Assembly (NCBI GenBank): GCA_037444405.1
Contig: JBBIML010000007.1
Span: 128,001-192,000 of the forward strand
Direction: 5' to 3'
DNA length: 64,000 nucleotides
Origin: Armatimonadota bacterium
GTDB taxonomy: Bacteria > Armatimonadota > Fimbriimonadia > Fimbriimonadales > GBS-DC
This document shows, in pieces, positions 8,356-21,390 of the stretch. Position numbers and translations under genes: made by a program. The number at the start of each line of letters is the position of its first letter. Positions within the stretch are counted from its first letter, which is position 1. The notes beneath the pieces were generated by a model. That model was not told the origin of the DNA and searched no databases. It saw only the letters and a list, made by a program, of their open reading frames with translations.

Positions 8356-8591
8356 AACCATCGCCTCCTTACACTCCCGTGCGATCGGGGCTATCATACT
8401 ATTTTACCGCATACCGCGTGTGTTAGTGCCCTTCGACTCAGCGGTAGTCGGCAGGCGAAAAGTCCTCCGGCGGGGTTTCAGCGCGGATTTTGCCTCCCGT
8501 CTTTTTACGGGGTTCTGCAGCCGCTGTCCGCTTTTGGCGTTTCAACGAGTCTATATCGGATGGAGAGTAACCTTCCTTCCAGAATGCAGTC

Positions 8592-8627
8592 AATCCCCCC
8601 ATCGGGGTGCCAGTGGGGGGATTTTTT
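8592..8627. terminator. Intrinsic terminator-like hairpin
   Basis: AATCCCCCCA...TGGGGGGATT followed by a T-run on the + strand; lies just downstream of the minus-strand beta-barrel gene. Confidence 0.7.
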
Positions 8628-8648
8628 GGCGGATTGGGCTACAGGGGT

Positions 8649-9170
8649 TCAGAAGCGGAACTGGAGCGCGACGGTGAAGCCCTGAAGGTCGTCGCCGCCG
8701 TCCACGAAACCGCCATAGCCCACGAACAGGGCGACCGGTGTGGTGCCCGCGCTGAAGTTGTAGCCGAAGCCGAGCGACCAGTCGAAGCCAGTCTTGTCAT
8801 CGCCATTGCTGGCGAAGCCGATCCCGGCAGTCGCGCGGTAGAAGAACTGCTCGTTGAGGTAGCCCGTGAAGCTCAGTCCGACGGGGATGACGCGGGCATC
8901 ACTGGTGCCGTAGAAACCTACGAACGCCCCCAGATCGTAGTAGTAGCCCGACTCAGTCGGCTTGCTGGTCTGGAAGTTGTAGGTGAGGTTGACGCTGAAC
9001 CACACATCCTCGGTCGCCTTGCGCACCGACTCCTTGGATGGGAGGAAGATACCAGCGTACACCGCATAGCCCTGCTGGTTCGTCTCTTGCGCACGGGCTG
9101 GTGCTGCCAGCATCAGCGTTCCCACCAGCGCTACTGTTATAAGCCACAGCATTCCCTTGTGCATCATCAT
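8649..9170 (-). CDS. Small outer-membrane beta-barrel protein
   Basis: Signal peptide, alternating aromatic/Gly strands, C-terminal LQFRF. Confidence 0.8.
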   Translation of the reverse strand: MMMHKGMLWLITVALVGTLMLAAPARAQETNQQGYAVYAGIFLPSKESVRKATEDVWFSVNLTYNFQTSKPTESGYYYDLGAFVGFYGTSDARVIPVGLSFTGYLNEQFFYRATAGIGFASNGDDKTGFDWSLGFGYNFSAGTTPVALFVGYGGFVDGGDDLQGFTVALQFRF

Positions 9171-9199
9171 AGACCCTCCGTGTGTAGAGTGTGTCTCTG

Positions 9200-9227
9200 A
9201 TTATACCCGCATTTTCACTCTTGTCAA
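9200..9227 (-). promoter_or_regulatory. Consensus sigma70 promoter of the beta-barrel gene
   Basis: Minus strand TTGACA-N16-TATAAT. Confidence 0.8.
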
Positions 9228-9239
9228 GGGGTAGAGCGG

Positions 9240-10226
9240 CTAACATGCCATCAAGCCGGGCGCCTGCGGGGCGACGGGGATAATCTGTTCGGCGACCTTC
9301 TGCAGGGCGGCGAGCGTGCGCTGGGGCTGAAGGGTCAGCACTATCACGGTGCCGCTGGCGCCGCCTGCGCCCGCCAGCTTTGCTCCCAGTGCGCCATTCT
9401 CCAGCGCGACCTGCACCAGCCGATGGAGCGATTCGCTGCTGCCGCCCAGCGCGTGAATGACGGCGTAGTTCTCGTTCATCAGCGCGCCCAGCGTCTGCCA
9501 CTCCTGCTCCAGCAGGGCGCGTTTGGCTTCGCGTGCCAGTCGCCCGATGTGCGCCATGCCGTCTATCACGGCGCGTTCGCCCGATTCCCAGCGTTCGCGC
9601 AAGGAGCGATGCACGGCTCCCGAAAAGCGCTGCCCGCCCGTGGTCGCCAGCCAGAGCGGGAGCGTGACCCCACGCAAATAGCCACCGAGCGATTCCACCG
9701 TTGCCAGCGGCTCGTTCGCATCGCGCCCCAGCCCCTCCTTATCGCGAAACTCCATCAGATTGACACCGCCGAACACCGCCATATAGAAGTCCTGATAGCC
9801 GCAGGTGACCCGCAGGTGCTGGGCTTCGATCTGGCGCACGCACTCCGCCAGCCGATGGGGGATGGGCATCTCGCGCCGATAATGGAGCAGGCATGCCACT
9901 ATCGCGGTCAACAGCGCGGAGGAGCCTGCCAGACCCGACTGCATCGGGATGTCGCTTTCGATGCGCAGGCTGAACCGCGCTGTATCGATGCTGTAGCCCA
10001 GCGCCCGCAGCGCGGCGCGACACAGGTCGAACTCGTCTCCCTGATGCTCCAGCGTGTCGGGTGTCAGCGTGCGGGCAGGCGACTGGAAGCTGAGATGGTC
10101 CGCAGGCTGAAGCGTGCAACGGGCACGCAACGGAATGGCGCAGGAAATCACAGTGCCACCATATAAATCGCTGGGATTGCCAATAATGCCTGCCCGACCC
10201 GGCGCCGAATAGCGAATCGCCTCCAT
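9240..10226 (-). CDS. GHMP-family sugar kinase
   Basis: [39 protein letters not shown]. Confidence 0.88.
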   Translation of the reverse strand: MEAIRYSAPGRAGIIGNPSDLYGGTVISCAIPLRARCTLQPADHLSFQSPARTLTPDTLEHQGDEFDLCRAALRALGYSIDTARFSLRIESDIPMQSGLAGSSALLTAIVACLLHYRREMPIPHRLAECVRQIEAQHLRVTCGYQDFYMAVFGGVNLMEFRDKEGLGRDANEPLATVESLGGYLRGVTLPLWLATTGGQRFSGAVHRSLRERWESGERAVIDGMAHIGRLAREAKRALLEQEWQTLGALMNENYAVIHALGGSSESLHRLVQVALENGALGAKLAGAGGASGTVIVLTLQPQRTLAALQKVAEQIIPVAPQAPGLMAC

Positions 10227-10304
10227 ACCCCGTTGCGATTCGCGCTCCCTGCGCTATCTCCTGCAGCAGCCGCGCAGATTCGTGCCCCGGCGGGTATACT
10301 TCTG

Positions 10305-12464
<2,160 letters not shown>

Positions 12465-12465
12465 A

Positions 12466-13599
12466 ATGCAAACTTATCGCTATCTGATTATTGGCGGTGG
12501 GCTGGCAGCTGATGCGGCGGTGATGGGCATTCGCGCCGTCGATGAATCGGGTCGTATCGCGATTTTGAGCGAGGAGCCGCATCCGCCCTATCGTCGCCCC
12601 ATGTTGAGCAAGGCGCTCTGGTTCGGCACGCCGCTCGATGAGGTATGGCTGCCGACCGCCGATGCGGGCGCGGAGGTACACACAGGGGTGCGGGTCGTCC
12701 AGCTCGATCTGGGCGCAAAGCGCGTGCTGGATCAGCGCGGCAACGAGTGGGGCTTCGAGAAGCTTCTGCTGGCGACGGGTTGCACGCCGCGCACCCTGCC
12801 GAACGCGCCCGACGGTGTTCTCTACTTCCGCACCCTGAACGATTACCTTGCCCTGCGCAAGCAGGTTCAGAGCGCGGAGCATGTCGGCATCATCGGCGGG
12901 GGCTACATCGGCTCGGAGCTGGGCGCCGCGCTCGTTGCCAGCGGCAGGCGCGTCACGATGCTCTTTCCCGAATCGGGCATCTGCGCTCGCCTGCTGCCCC
13001 CGATTCTCAGCGACTGGCTGAACGCCTTCTATCGCGAGCGGGGCGTCGAGGTGCTGACTGGCGTGCTGGTTGAGGCGGTGGAGCGGGGCGAGCGGTGGCA
13101 GGTGCGGCTGTCCAGCGGGCAGACGCTCGCGTTCGACGCGCTGGTGGCGGGGCTGGGCGTGCGACCTCGCGATGAGCTGGCACGCTCCGCTGGACTGCCC
13201 ACGCCCGACGGCATCCGTGTCAATCCCTTCTTCCAGACGGAACACCCCGATGTGTACGCGGCGGGCGATGTCGCCTGCTTCCCCTACGCCGCGCTGGGCA
13301 TCGAAACGCGCGTCGAGCATGAAGACCATGCGATTGCCAGCGGCTTCTATGCGGGTCAGGCGATGGCGGGCGCGGCGCAACCCTACGAACACCTGCCGAT
13401 GTTCTACAGCGAGCTGTTCGGCATTCGATATGAGGCGGTCGGGCTGATCGATAGCCAGCTGGAGATGCGCATCGAGGGCGACCTGCCCGACGGCGCGGGT
13501 GTGGTCACCTATTATCAGAATGGGCGGCGAGTGGGCGCGCTCAGCTGGCGCCACGCCCGCCCCATCGACGAGCTGCGCGAGTGGCTCGCCGGCGCGTAG
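12466..13599 (+). CDS. FAD-dependent NAD(P)H oxidoreductase (ferredoxin reductase-like)
   Basis: IIGGGLAA, PYRRPMLSK, LLLATG, IIGGGYIGSE, VYAAGDVA. Confidence 0.9.
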   Translation: MQTYRYLIIGGGLAADAAVMGIRAVDESGRIAILSEEPHPPYRRPMLSKALWFGTPLDEVWLPTADAGAEVHTGVRVVQLDLGAKRVLDQRGNEWGFEKLLLATGCTPRTLPNAPDGVLYFRTLNDYLALRKQVQSAEHVGIIGGGYIGSELGAALVASGRRVTMLFPESGICARLLPPILSDWLNAFYRERGVEVLTGVLVEAVERGERWQVRLSSGQTLAFDALVAGLGVRPRDELARSAGLPTPDGIRVNPFFQTEHPDVYAAGDVACFPYAALGIETRVEHEDHAIASGFYAGQAMAGAAQPYEHLPMFYSELFGIRYEAVGLIDSQLEMRIEGDLPDGAGVVTYYQNGRRVGALSWRHARPIDELREWLAGA

Positions 13600-13700
13600 G
13601 TAGGGGCGCACGGCCGTGCGCCCCTACCTGCTCCTCCTCCGCTGAACGCCCTTACCTGTTCCTCCTCCGCTGAACGCCCCTACCTACTCCTCCGCCGAGT
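13598..13700. repeat. REP palindrome plus about 28-bp tandem repeats between convergent genes
   Basis: AGGTAGGGGCGCACG-GC-CGTGCGCCCCTACCT, then CCC(C/T)TACCTG(C/T)TCCTCCTCCGCTGAACG twice and a partial third copy. Confidence 0.85.
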
Positions 13701-16700
13701 CGAGCGCGCTCAGGTTCACCATTAGCTCGGGTAGCCGGTTCGCCCGCAGCTGCTCGTTGAGCTTCGGCACCTCCACGCGCAGATAATCCCGCATCGCGCT
13801 GATGACCGACTCCCACTCGGTTTTGACCTCGTTGAAGAACTCCACCTGCGCGGCGGTGGGTCCCGTGTTGCTGCTCATCATGCCGTAGACCGAGCCGAGT
13901 CGCGCGCGCAGGCGCGGACCGCGCGAGTAGGCGGGTCCCGTCTGCGGGTTCTCCACTTTCGCCTGAAGCTCGTCGATCTTTTTGACCTGCTCGGTCAGCA
14001 GCTCGTTCAGCTCGCGCGGGAGCCGAATGTCCTGCTGGCGAGCGGTCTGGCGCAGGTTGTTGATTTGCTCCTCGACGCTATTGAGCAGGCGCATCGCCCG
14101 ATCCAGCTGGCGAATCATATCGAGCGTCTCCAGCGCGAACTGGAAGCCTGCCTTCATACTGGCGAGGTAGGGCTCCAGCGCGGGTTCCACCTTCACGGTG
14201 AGCGTTTGCTCCTGCTGATAGTCGCCGAGCATCAGACGCACGCGATAGGTGCCTGGCAGCACCTGGGGTCCCATTATTGGAGCGCCGCCACGCCGTCCTG
14301 CTGGGGGCGGTTGGGGGGTCTCTTCCTCGTCGCGCGGGCTGACCCGCATGCGCAGGTTCCACTCCACGCGATGGATGCCTGGCTCCTGCGGCAGGCGACG
14401 CAGCTCCTGAAGCACCTTGCCCTGCGAGTCGAGAATCTGGATGCGCAGGCTACCCTGCTGGGGCTTCTCCTTCAGGTAGAAGGTGAGCATTGCGCCTGCG
14501 GGCGGGTTCGGTGCGACGAGGGGGCGGTCGCCACGACCATAGCGGGCGAAGCGCGTCGAGTAGCGCCACGCCACGCGCGGCGTGAACAGATAGGCAGGTT
14601 TCTGCAACACCTCCGCGCTGATCTCGCGCAGCGGCGTGATGTCGTCCAGCACCCAGATACTGCGCCCATGCGTGCCCACCACCAGATCATGCTCCGTCGG
14701 ATGAATCTGGATGTCGTCCACGCGCACGGGCGGCAGCCCCGGCAGCCGCTGCCACTGTTCACCCGCATCGAACGAGACGAACAGCCCGCGCTCCGTGCCA
14801 CAAAAGAGCAGGTTCGGGTTTTTTGGATCTTCGCGCACCACGAAGATGTACGCCTCGTCAGGCAAGCCGCTGGTGATCTTGCGCCAGGTTTTGCCGCCAT
14901 CGGTCGTCTTGTAGAGGTAGGGCTTGTAGTCGTCCAGCATGTGGCGGTCGAACGCGACATAGGCGACCTGAACCCCCGTGCGCGACGGCTCGATATGGGA
15001 GACAGGCGAGCTGGGCGGCAGGTCGGGCACATTCGGTGTGAGATTGCGCCATGTGCGCCCGCCATCGAAGGTCACCTGCAGGTTGCCATCGTCCGTGCCT
15101 GCCCAGATGACCCCCGCCTGCACGGGCGACTCGGCAATGCTGATAATCGTGCAGTGATATTCGGCGGTCGTGTTCTCCACCCACACGGGACCGCCCGCAT
15201 CTTTCTGCTTGTTCTTGTCGTTGGTGGTCAGATCAGGGCTGATGGGCGTCCAGGTCAGCCCGAAGTCGGTCGACTTGAAGACCACATTGGCGCCCACATA
15301 GACGGTGTTCGGGTCGTGTGGGCTGGGCACAATCGGCGTGTTCCAGTTGAAGCGGTACTTCAGCTCCCCGACGGGACCGCCGTCGTTGCGACGCGGCTGG
15401 GGGCTGATATCCAGCTGGATGCCCGTCGCCAGATCGGTGCGGTAGAGATTGCCGCCCTGCGACTCACTGAGGATCAGGTTCGGGTTTTCGGCGTGAATGA
15501 CGCAGTGGAATCCATCGCCGAAGCTGACCATCTGCCAGTGTTCGTTCACGATGCCGCCCTCTTTGGTGCGCACGAAGCCGACCCAGCTGCCGTTGTCCTG
15601 CAGTCCGCCCGCCACGCGATAGAAGGGCGACTCGTTGCTCAGGTGAATCTGGTAGAACTGTCCCAGCGGCAGGTTGCTGACCACATCCCATGTGCGCCCG
15701 CGATCCATCGAGAAGGCGATTCCGCCGTCGTTGCCCAGCCACAGAAAGTTGGGATTGGTGGGGTCGATCCAGAGCGCGTGATGGTCGCTATGCACACGGT
15801 TGGCAATCGGCGTGGAGGTGCGCCCACCATCGATGGAGACCCGAAAGCTGGCCGCCAGAAAGTAGAGGCGGTTCTCGTCTTTCGGGTCAACGCGCATGTC
15901 GGTGTAGTAGAAGCCGCGCGAGACGATGGCGGTCTCGGTGGAGACGCGCTCGAAGCTCTCGCCGCGATTATCGGAGCGGAACAGCACGCCATCGTTCGAC
16001 TCGGCAATCACATAGACCACATTCGGGTTGCTGGGCGCGACCTTGACCCCGATGCGCCCCATCAGTTTGGGCAGCCCGTTCTCCAGCTTCTTCCAGGTGC
16101 GCCCGCCATCGGTGGAGCGGAACACGCCGCCTTTTTCGCTGCCGCTGGTGAAGGTCCACGGCTTGCGTTCGAATCGCCACATGGCGGCATAGAGGATGTT
16201 CGGGTTCAGTGGGTCGATGTCCAGGTCGGCGGCGCCGTGATGCTCGTCGATATACAGCACCTTCTGCCAGGTTTTGCCGCCGTCGGTGGTCATGAAGACG
16301 CCGCGCTCCTCGTTGGGTCCGAAGGCGTGCCCCAGCGCGGCGACCCAGGCGGTGTTCGAATCGCGGGGATGCACAATAATGCGGGTGATGTGGCGCGTTT
16401 CGCGCAGACCCAGAAACTGCCAGGTTTTGCCGCCATCGGTCGATTTATAGACGCCCGCGCCGATGCAGACGCTGTTGCGCGGGTTGCCCTCGCCCGTGCC
16501 CACCCAGATAATGTCGGGGTTCTGCGGATCGAGGGCGATATCGCCGATGGAGAGCGTCTCCTGCTCGTCGAACAGTGGTGTCCAGGTGATGCCCATATCG
16601 GTGGTCTTGAACAGCCCACCGGACGCCGTTGCCACATAGACCACGCGGGGATTGCCGGGCACGCCCTCGATATCGGTGACACGCCCGCCCATGTTTGCTG

Positions 16701-16839
16701 GACCGATATTGCGCCAGCGCAGGTTTTTAAACAGCTCGGCGGAAGGGGGCACGGAAACTGTGCCCCTGCTCTCGATAGACGCCCATGCACAAACGCACGC
16801 GAGAAACGCGATTCCGAATAAAAAGGCTCGCTCTCTCAT
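13684..16839 (-). CDS. Secreted VPS10/sortilin-like BNR (Asp-box) repeat protein
   Basis: Signal peptide; WRNIGPANMGGR; many S/T-x-DGG-x-TW Asp-boxes; THGRSIW. Confidence 0.9.
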   Translation of the reverse strand: MRERAFLFGIAFLACVCAWASIESRGTVSVPPSAELFKNLRWRNIGPANMGGRVTDIEGVPGNPRVVYVATASGGLFKTTDMGITWTPLFDEQETLSIGDIALDPQNPDIIWVGTGEGNPRNSVCIGAGVYKSTDGGKTWQFLGLRETRHITRIIVHPRDSNTAWVAALGHAFGPNEERGVFMTTDGGKTWQKVLYIDEHHGAADLDIDPLNPNILYAAMWRFERKPWTFTSGSEKGGVFRSTDGGRTWKKLENGLPKLMGRIGVKVAPSNPNVVYVIAESNDGVLFRSDNRGESFERVSTETAIVSRGFYYTDMRVDPKDENRLYFLAASFRVSIDGGRTSTPIANRVHSDHHALWIDPTNPNFLWLGNDGGIAFSMDRGRTWDVVSNLPLGQFYQIHLSNESPFYRVAGGLQDNGSWVGFVRTKEGGIVNEHWQMVSFGDGFHCVIHAENPNLILSESQGGNLYRTDLATGIQLDISPQPRRNDGGPVGELKYRFNWNTPIVPSPHDPNTVYVGANVVFKSTDFGLTWTPISPDLTTNDKNKQKDAGGPVWVENTTAEYHCTIISIAESPVQAGVIWAGTDDGNLQVTFDGGRTWRNLTPNVPDLPPSSPVSHIEPSRTGVQVAYVAFDRHMLDDYKPYLYKTTDGGKTWRKITSGLPDEAYIFVVREDPKNPNLLFCGTERGLFVSFDAGEQWQRLPGLPPVRVDDIQIHPTEHDLVVGTHGRSIWVLDDITPLREISAEVLQKPAYLFTPRVAWRYSTRFARYGRGDRPLVAPNPPAGAMLTFYLKEKPQQGSLRIQILDSQGKVLQELRRLPQEPGIHRVEWNLRMRVSPRDEEETPQPPPAGRRGGAPIMGPQVLPGTYRVRLMLGDYQQEQTLTVKVEPALEPYLASMKAGFQFALETLDMIRQLDRAMRLLNSVEEQINNLRQTARQQDIRLPRELNELLTEQVKKIDELQAKVENPQTGPAYSRGPRLRARLGSVYGMMSSNTGPTAAQVEFFNEVKTEWESVISAMRDYLRVEVPKLNEQLRANRLPELMVNLSALDSAEE

Positions 16840-16905
16840 ACCAGCGGGTTTCTCCGCCCGCGGGCGCGAGTCCTGCCCATGTGTTTCGTTGACTCGCCTT
16901 CTGGA

Positions 16906-17161
16906 CTAACAGCCGTTCCCGAAGTTAAAGAGCACCGTCAGCAGGTCGGCGTCGTCCACACAGCCGTCGCCGTTGGTATCACCGGAGCGCCAGGTATCCA
17001 GCAGGAAGGCTTCGATTCGCCCCGTGGCTCCATTTTTGCCAGCTCCGACGCTGACGATTACATTGCCGTTGGCAGATACGCCACGGGCTTCGCTTTTCGG
17101 CACCACCCAGCGTGCCCAGATCGCGCATGCCTTCATCGATGGTCCATCGGAAGGCGCGGGC
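16906..17161 (-). pseudogene. 3' fragment of a HAF-repeat/dockerin-tag protein gene, frameshifted
   Basis: AFRWTIDEGMRDLGTLGG in one frame; SEARGVSANGNVIV...GDTNGDGCVDDADLLTVLFNFGNGC in another. Confidence 0.75.
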
Positions 17162-17377
17162 CAGAGCGCGTTCCAGGTAATCAACAAGGTTGACGAACTC
17201 AAATCCCAGTGGTCGGCTGAGTTCCACAACCAGATCGACATCGCTATCGGAGCGGGGTGTGCCGTGTGCGAAGGAACCATAGATAGCGATGCGTGCGACG
17301 CCGAACTGCTCCGAAAGGTACGGTAGTTCACTCCGCAATCGTTCTATCAGCTCCTCGCGCGTTGTGACCTTCGCCAT
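17162..17377 (-). pseudogene. Minimal nucleotidyltransferase (MNT antitoxin-like), C-terminally truncated by fusion
   Basis: FGVARIAIYGSFAHG...SDSDVDLVV motif; continues into HAF repeat sequence after YLERAL. Confidence 0.75.
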
Positions 17378-17405
17378 AGTTGACCCTCGCTGATCATATC
17401 GAACC

Positions 17406-19532
<2,127 letters not shown>

Positions 19533-19539
19533 TTATAAA

Positions 19540-20457
19540 TCAGTGGGCGCGGCGGGTCATGGAGCGGGGAACTGGCACGGCGGGCGACTCGCTGTCCCTG
19601 AAGAAGTCGCGGAAGGCGGTCTGGATGAGATTGGTCAGCATCCGTTTGCGCAACTTGCGTCCCCTGTCGAACTCCTTATCACTGAGCGAGCGCCTCATTA
19701 AAACGCGCCCCGTCGCGCCATCGTACAGCACCAGGTCGCAATCGGTGCGCGTCTCATAGAGCCAGTAGGGATAGGTCTCCACATCGCGCGTGCGCCCATC
19801 GGGGTCGCGTCGCACAATCAGCTCATAACGCCGCTCCCGATTCGTGTGGCTTTTCACCGCCACCACCACGAGCATGTCGAAACCCATCGCCTTCGCCAGC
19901 TCGGCGACTTTGGGCACGGTGTCCCGATGAGCCGCGAGCAGGAGCCAGTCAGGGCTGATTCGTCGCTCGGACAAAATGGCGACGGCTTCCGATTCGGGGA
20001 TCAGCTCATAGCCGCGGTGGGTCAGCTCCTGCTCGATCTGCTGCCGCGCCGTCTCGCTCAGATAGGCGAGCGGCGAGAGGTTGACCGGCGTCAGCACCAG
20101 CACCCGCTTCGAGGTCGCACGGAAGGTAATCACTACCGCCTTACCCGAATCGGCAGGGCTGAACACAATCCGATTGGAGCGCAGGCAGAACTCCCCGCGC
20201 TGGGGGTGTTCATCCACCTGCCGAAACCCATGCTGGCTCACCTCATCGATTACCTGTACGGTGGCGGTGTCCACCACACAGCCTGGCGGAAAGTAGTAGA
20301 GCGGGTTGGCGACACGCGGTATCTGGAAGCGGAGACGCCACTCGCGCGGCTGTCTCGCAGCGGCTAATGGTGCGCGATTCTCCTGCGCCATCGCTAACGC
20401 CCACAGCGTGCCCGTCAGCCCGGCAAAAATCAGCCAGCCGATGATTCGGCACCCCAT
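19540..20457 (-). CDS. Secreted hypothetical protein
   Basis: 305-aa ORF with signal peptide ending AMA; no recognised family. Confidence 0.65.
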   Translation of the reverse strand: MGCRIIGWLIFAGLTGTLWALAMAQENRAPLAAARQPREWRLRFQIPRVANPLYYFPPGCVVDTATVQVIDEVSQHGFRQVDEHPQRGEFCLRSNRIVFSPADSGKAVVITFRATSKRVLVLTPVNLSPLAYLSETARQQIEQELTHRGYELIPESEAVAILSERRISPDWLLLAAHRDTVPKVAELAKAMGFDMLVVVAVKSHTNRERRYELIVRRDPDGRTRDVETYPYWLYETRTDCDLVLYDGATGRVLMRRSLSDKEFDRGRKLRKRMLTNLIQTAFRDFFRDSESPAVPVPRSMTRRAH

Positions 20458-20609
20458 CGCCGTTCACCCGCTGGTTATTCTACCTGACTGTTCTACCTGA
20501 CTGTCGCCTGCGCCTGTTGCATTTCAGAACTCTATCGGTCGGCACCTCAAGCCACCAGCAGGAATCGCATAACCCAAAGGCGTATTCTCTATTATACAGG
20601 AGGACAACG

Positions 20610-20723
20610 ATGTCTCTGCGCAGATTATCGAGCATCGCTGTGGCTGGTAACCTATCTCGATATAGGGCGCGATGCCCCCAGTCAGTGAACCAATCCAGCA
20701 CGCGCGGTGGGGGGGCACCATGA
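20610..20723 (+). CDS. 37-aa small ORF translationally coupled to the LuxR gene
   Basis: AGGAGG 6 nt before ATG; its stop overlaps the next start (ATGA). Confidence 0.45.
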   Translation: MSLRRLSSIAVAGNLSRYRARCPQSVNQSSTRGGGAP

Positions 20724-21214
20724 AAACTGTCAAGGTGTTTGTCTGGGCACGCCATCCCTCCATCGAGACCCGCCTGCGTGAGCGCTTGCGCACGCTATCG
20801 GCGCTGAGCCTGATTGAGAAAGCTGGTCCTTTGAACAACCTGGCGCCTGACAACGATTCTGACAGCCCACAACCCCTCCAGGTCATTCTGCTAACACGCG
20901 ATCCACTTGTAGAAGCCTATTTGCGTCATCAATTGCGCACTCTGCCTGACCTGACCTGCACCTGCGTAAGCTGTCAGGAGGAGCATCCTGATGCAGTGAT
21001 TATAGATAGCCAGTTGCTGACACCGAGTGAGCAGCGCGTTCTGCAAGCCTGTGCGAAGTATGACCGCCTTTCGGAGGTTGCCGCAGAGTTGTGCCTGACC
21101 GAAGCGACGGTCAAAAAGCACCTGTGCCACATTTACACCAAGTTAGGGCGGCACAGTCTGCATCGGGCGCTGCTGTGTGCGATTCGGTGGGGATTGATAG
21201 AGGTGCCTGATTAG
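20720..21214 (+). CDS. LuxR/NarL-type HTH transcriptional regulator
   Basis: LTPSEQRVL...EVAAELCLTEATVKKHLCHIYTKLG...AIRWGLI; no canonical receiver domain recognised. Confidence 0.85.
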   Translation: MKTVKVFVWARHPSIETRLRERLRTLSALSLIEKAGPLNNLAPDNDSDSPQPLQVILLTRDPLVEAYLRHQLRTLPDLTCTCVSCQEEHPDAVIIDSQLLTPSEQRVLQACAKYDRLSEVAAELCLTEATVKKHLCHIYTKLGRHSLHRALLCAIRWGLIEVPD

Positions 21215-21390
21215 CAATTTCTCCAGAAGTAGAAGGAAAAAGTTTCGCCCATAGGGGGTTGAAATGGGGTTCAGGGATGGAGTGAGCTACAGAGACAGAA
21301 GAGGTACGAGCAATGGCGACCTTGAGCCGAACGGAGCTGCGACCCAAAGATGTCTGCACACCATGCCCATAAAATGAGGTAAAGATAATC

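Noticed and set aside
8440..8530. c-di-GMP-I riboswitch on the minus strand
   Set aside because: Only loose resemblance (hairpin, GGCAAA, TGCCGA); the GNRA loop and other conserved positions do not fit. Kept as an unassigned structured RNA.
13621..13700. Possible mini CRISPR array
   Set aside because: The ~28-bp units are contiguous with no unique spacers, and there are no cas genes in the window.
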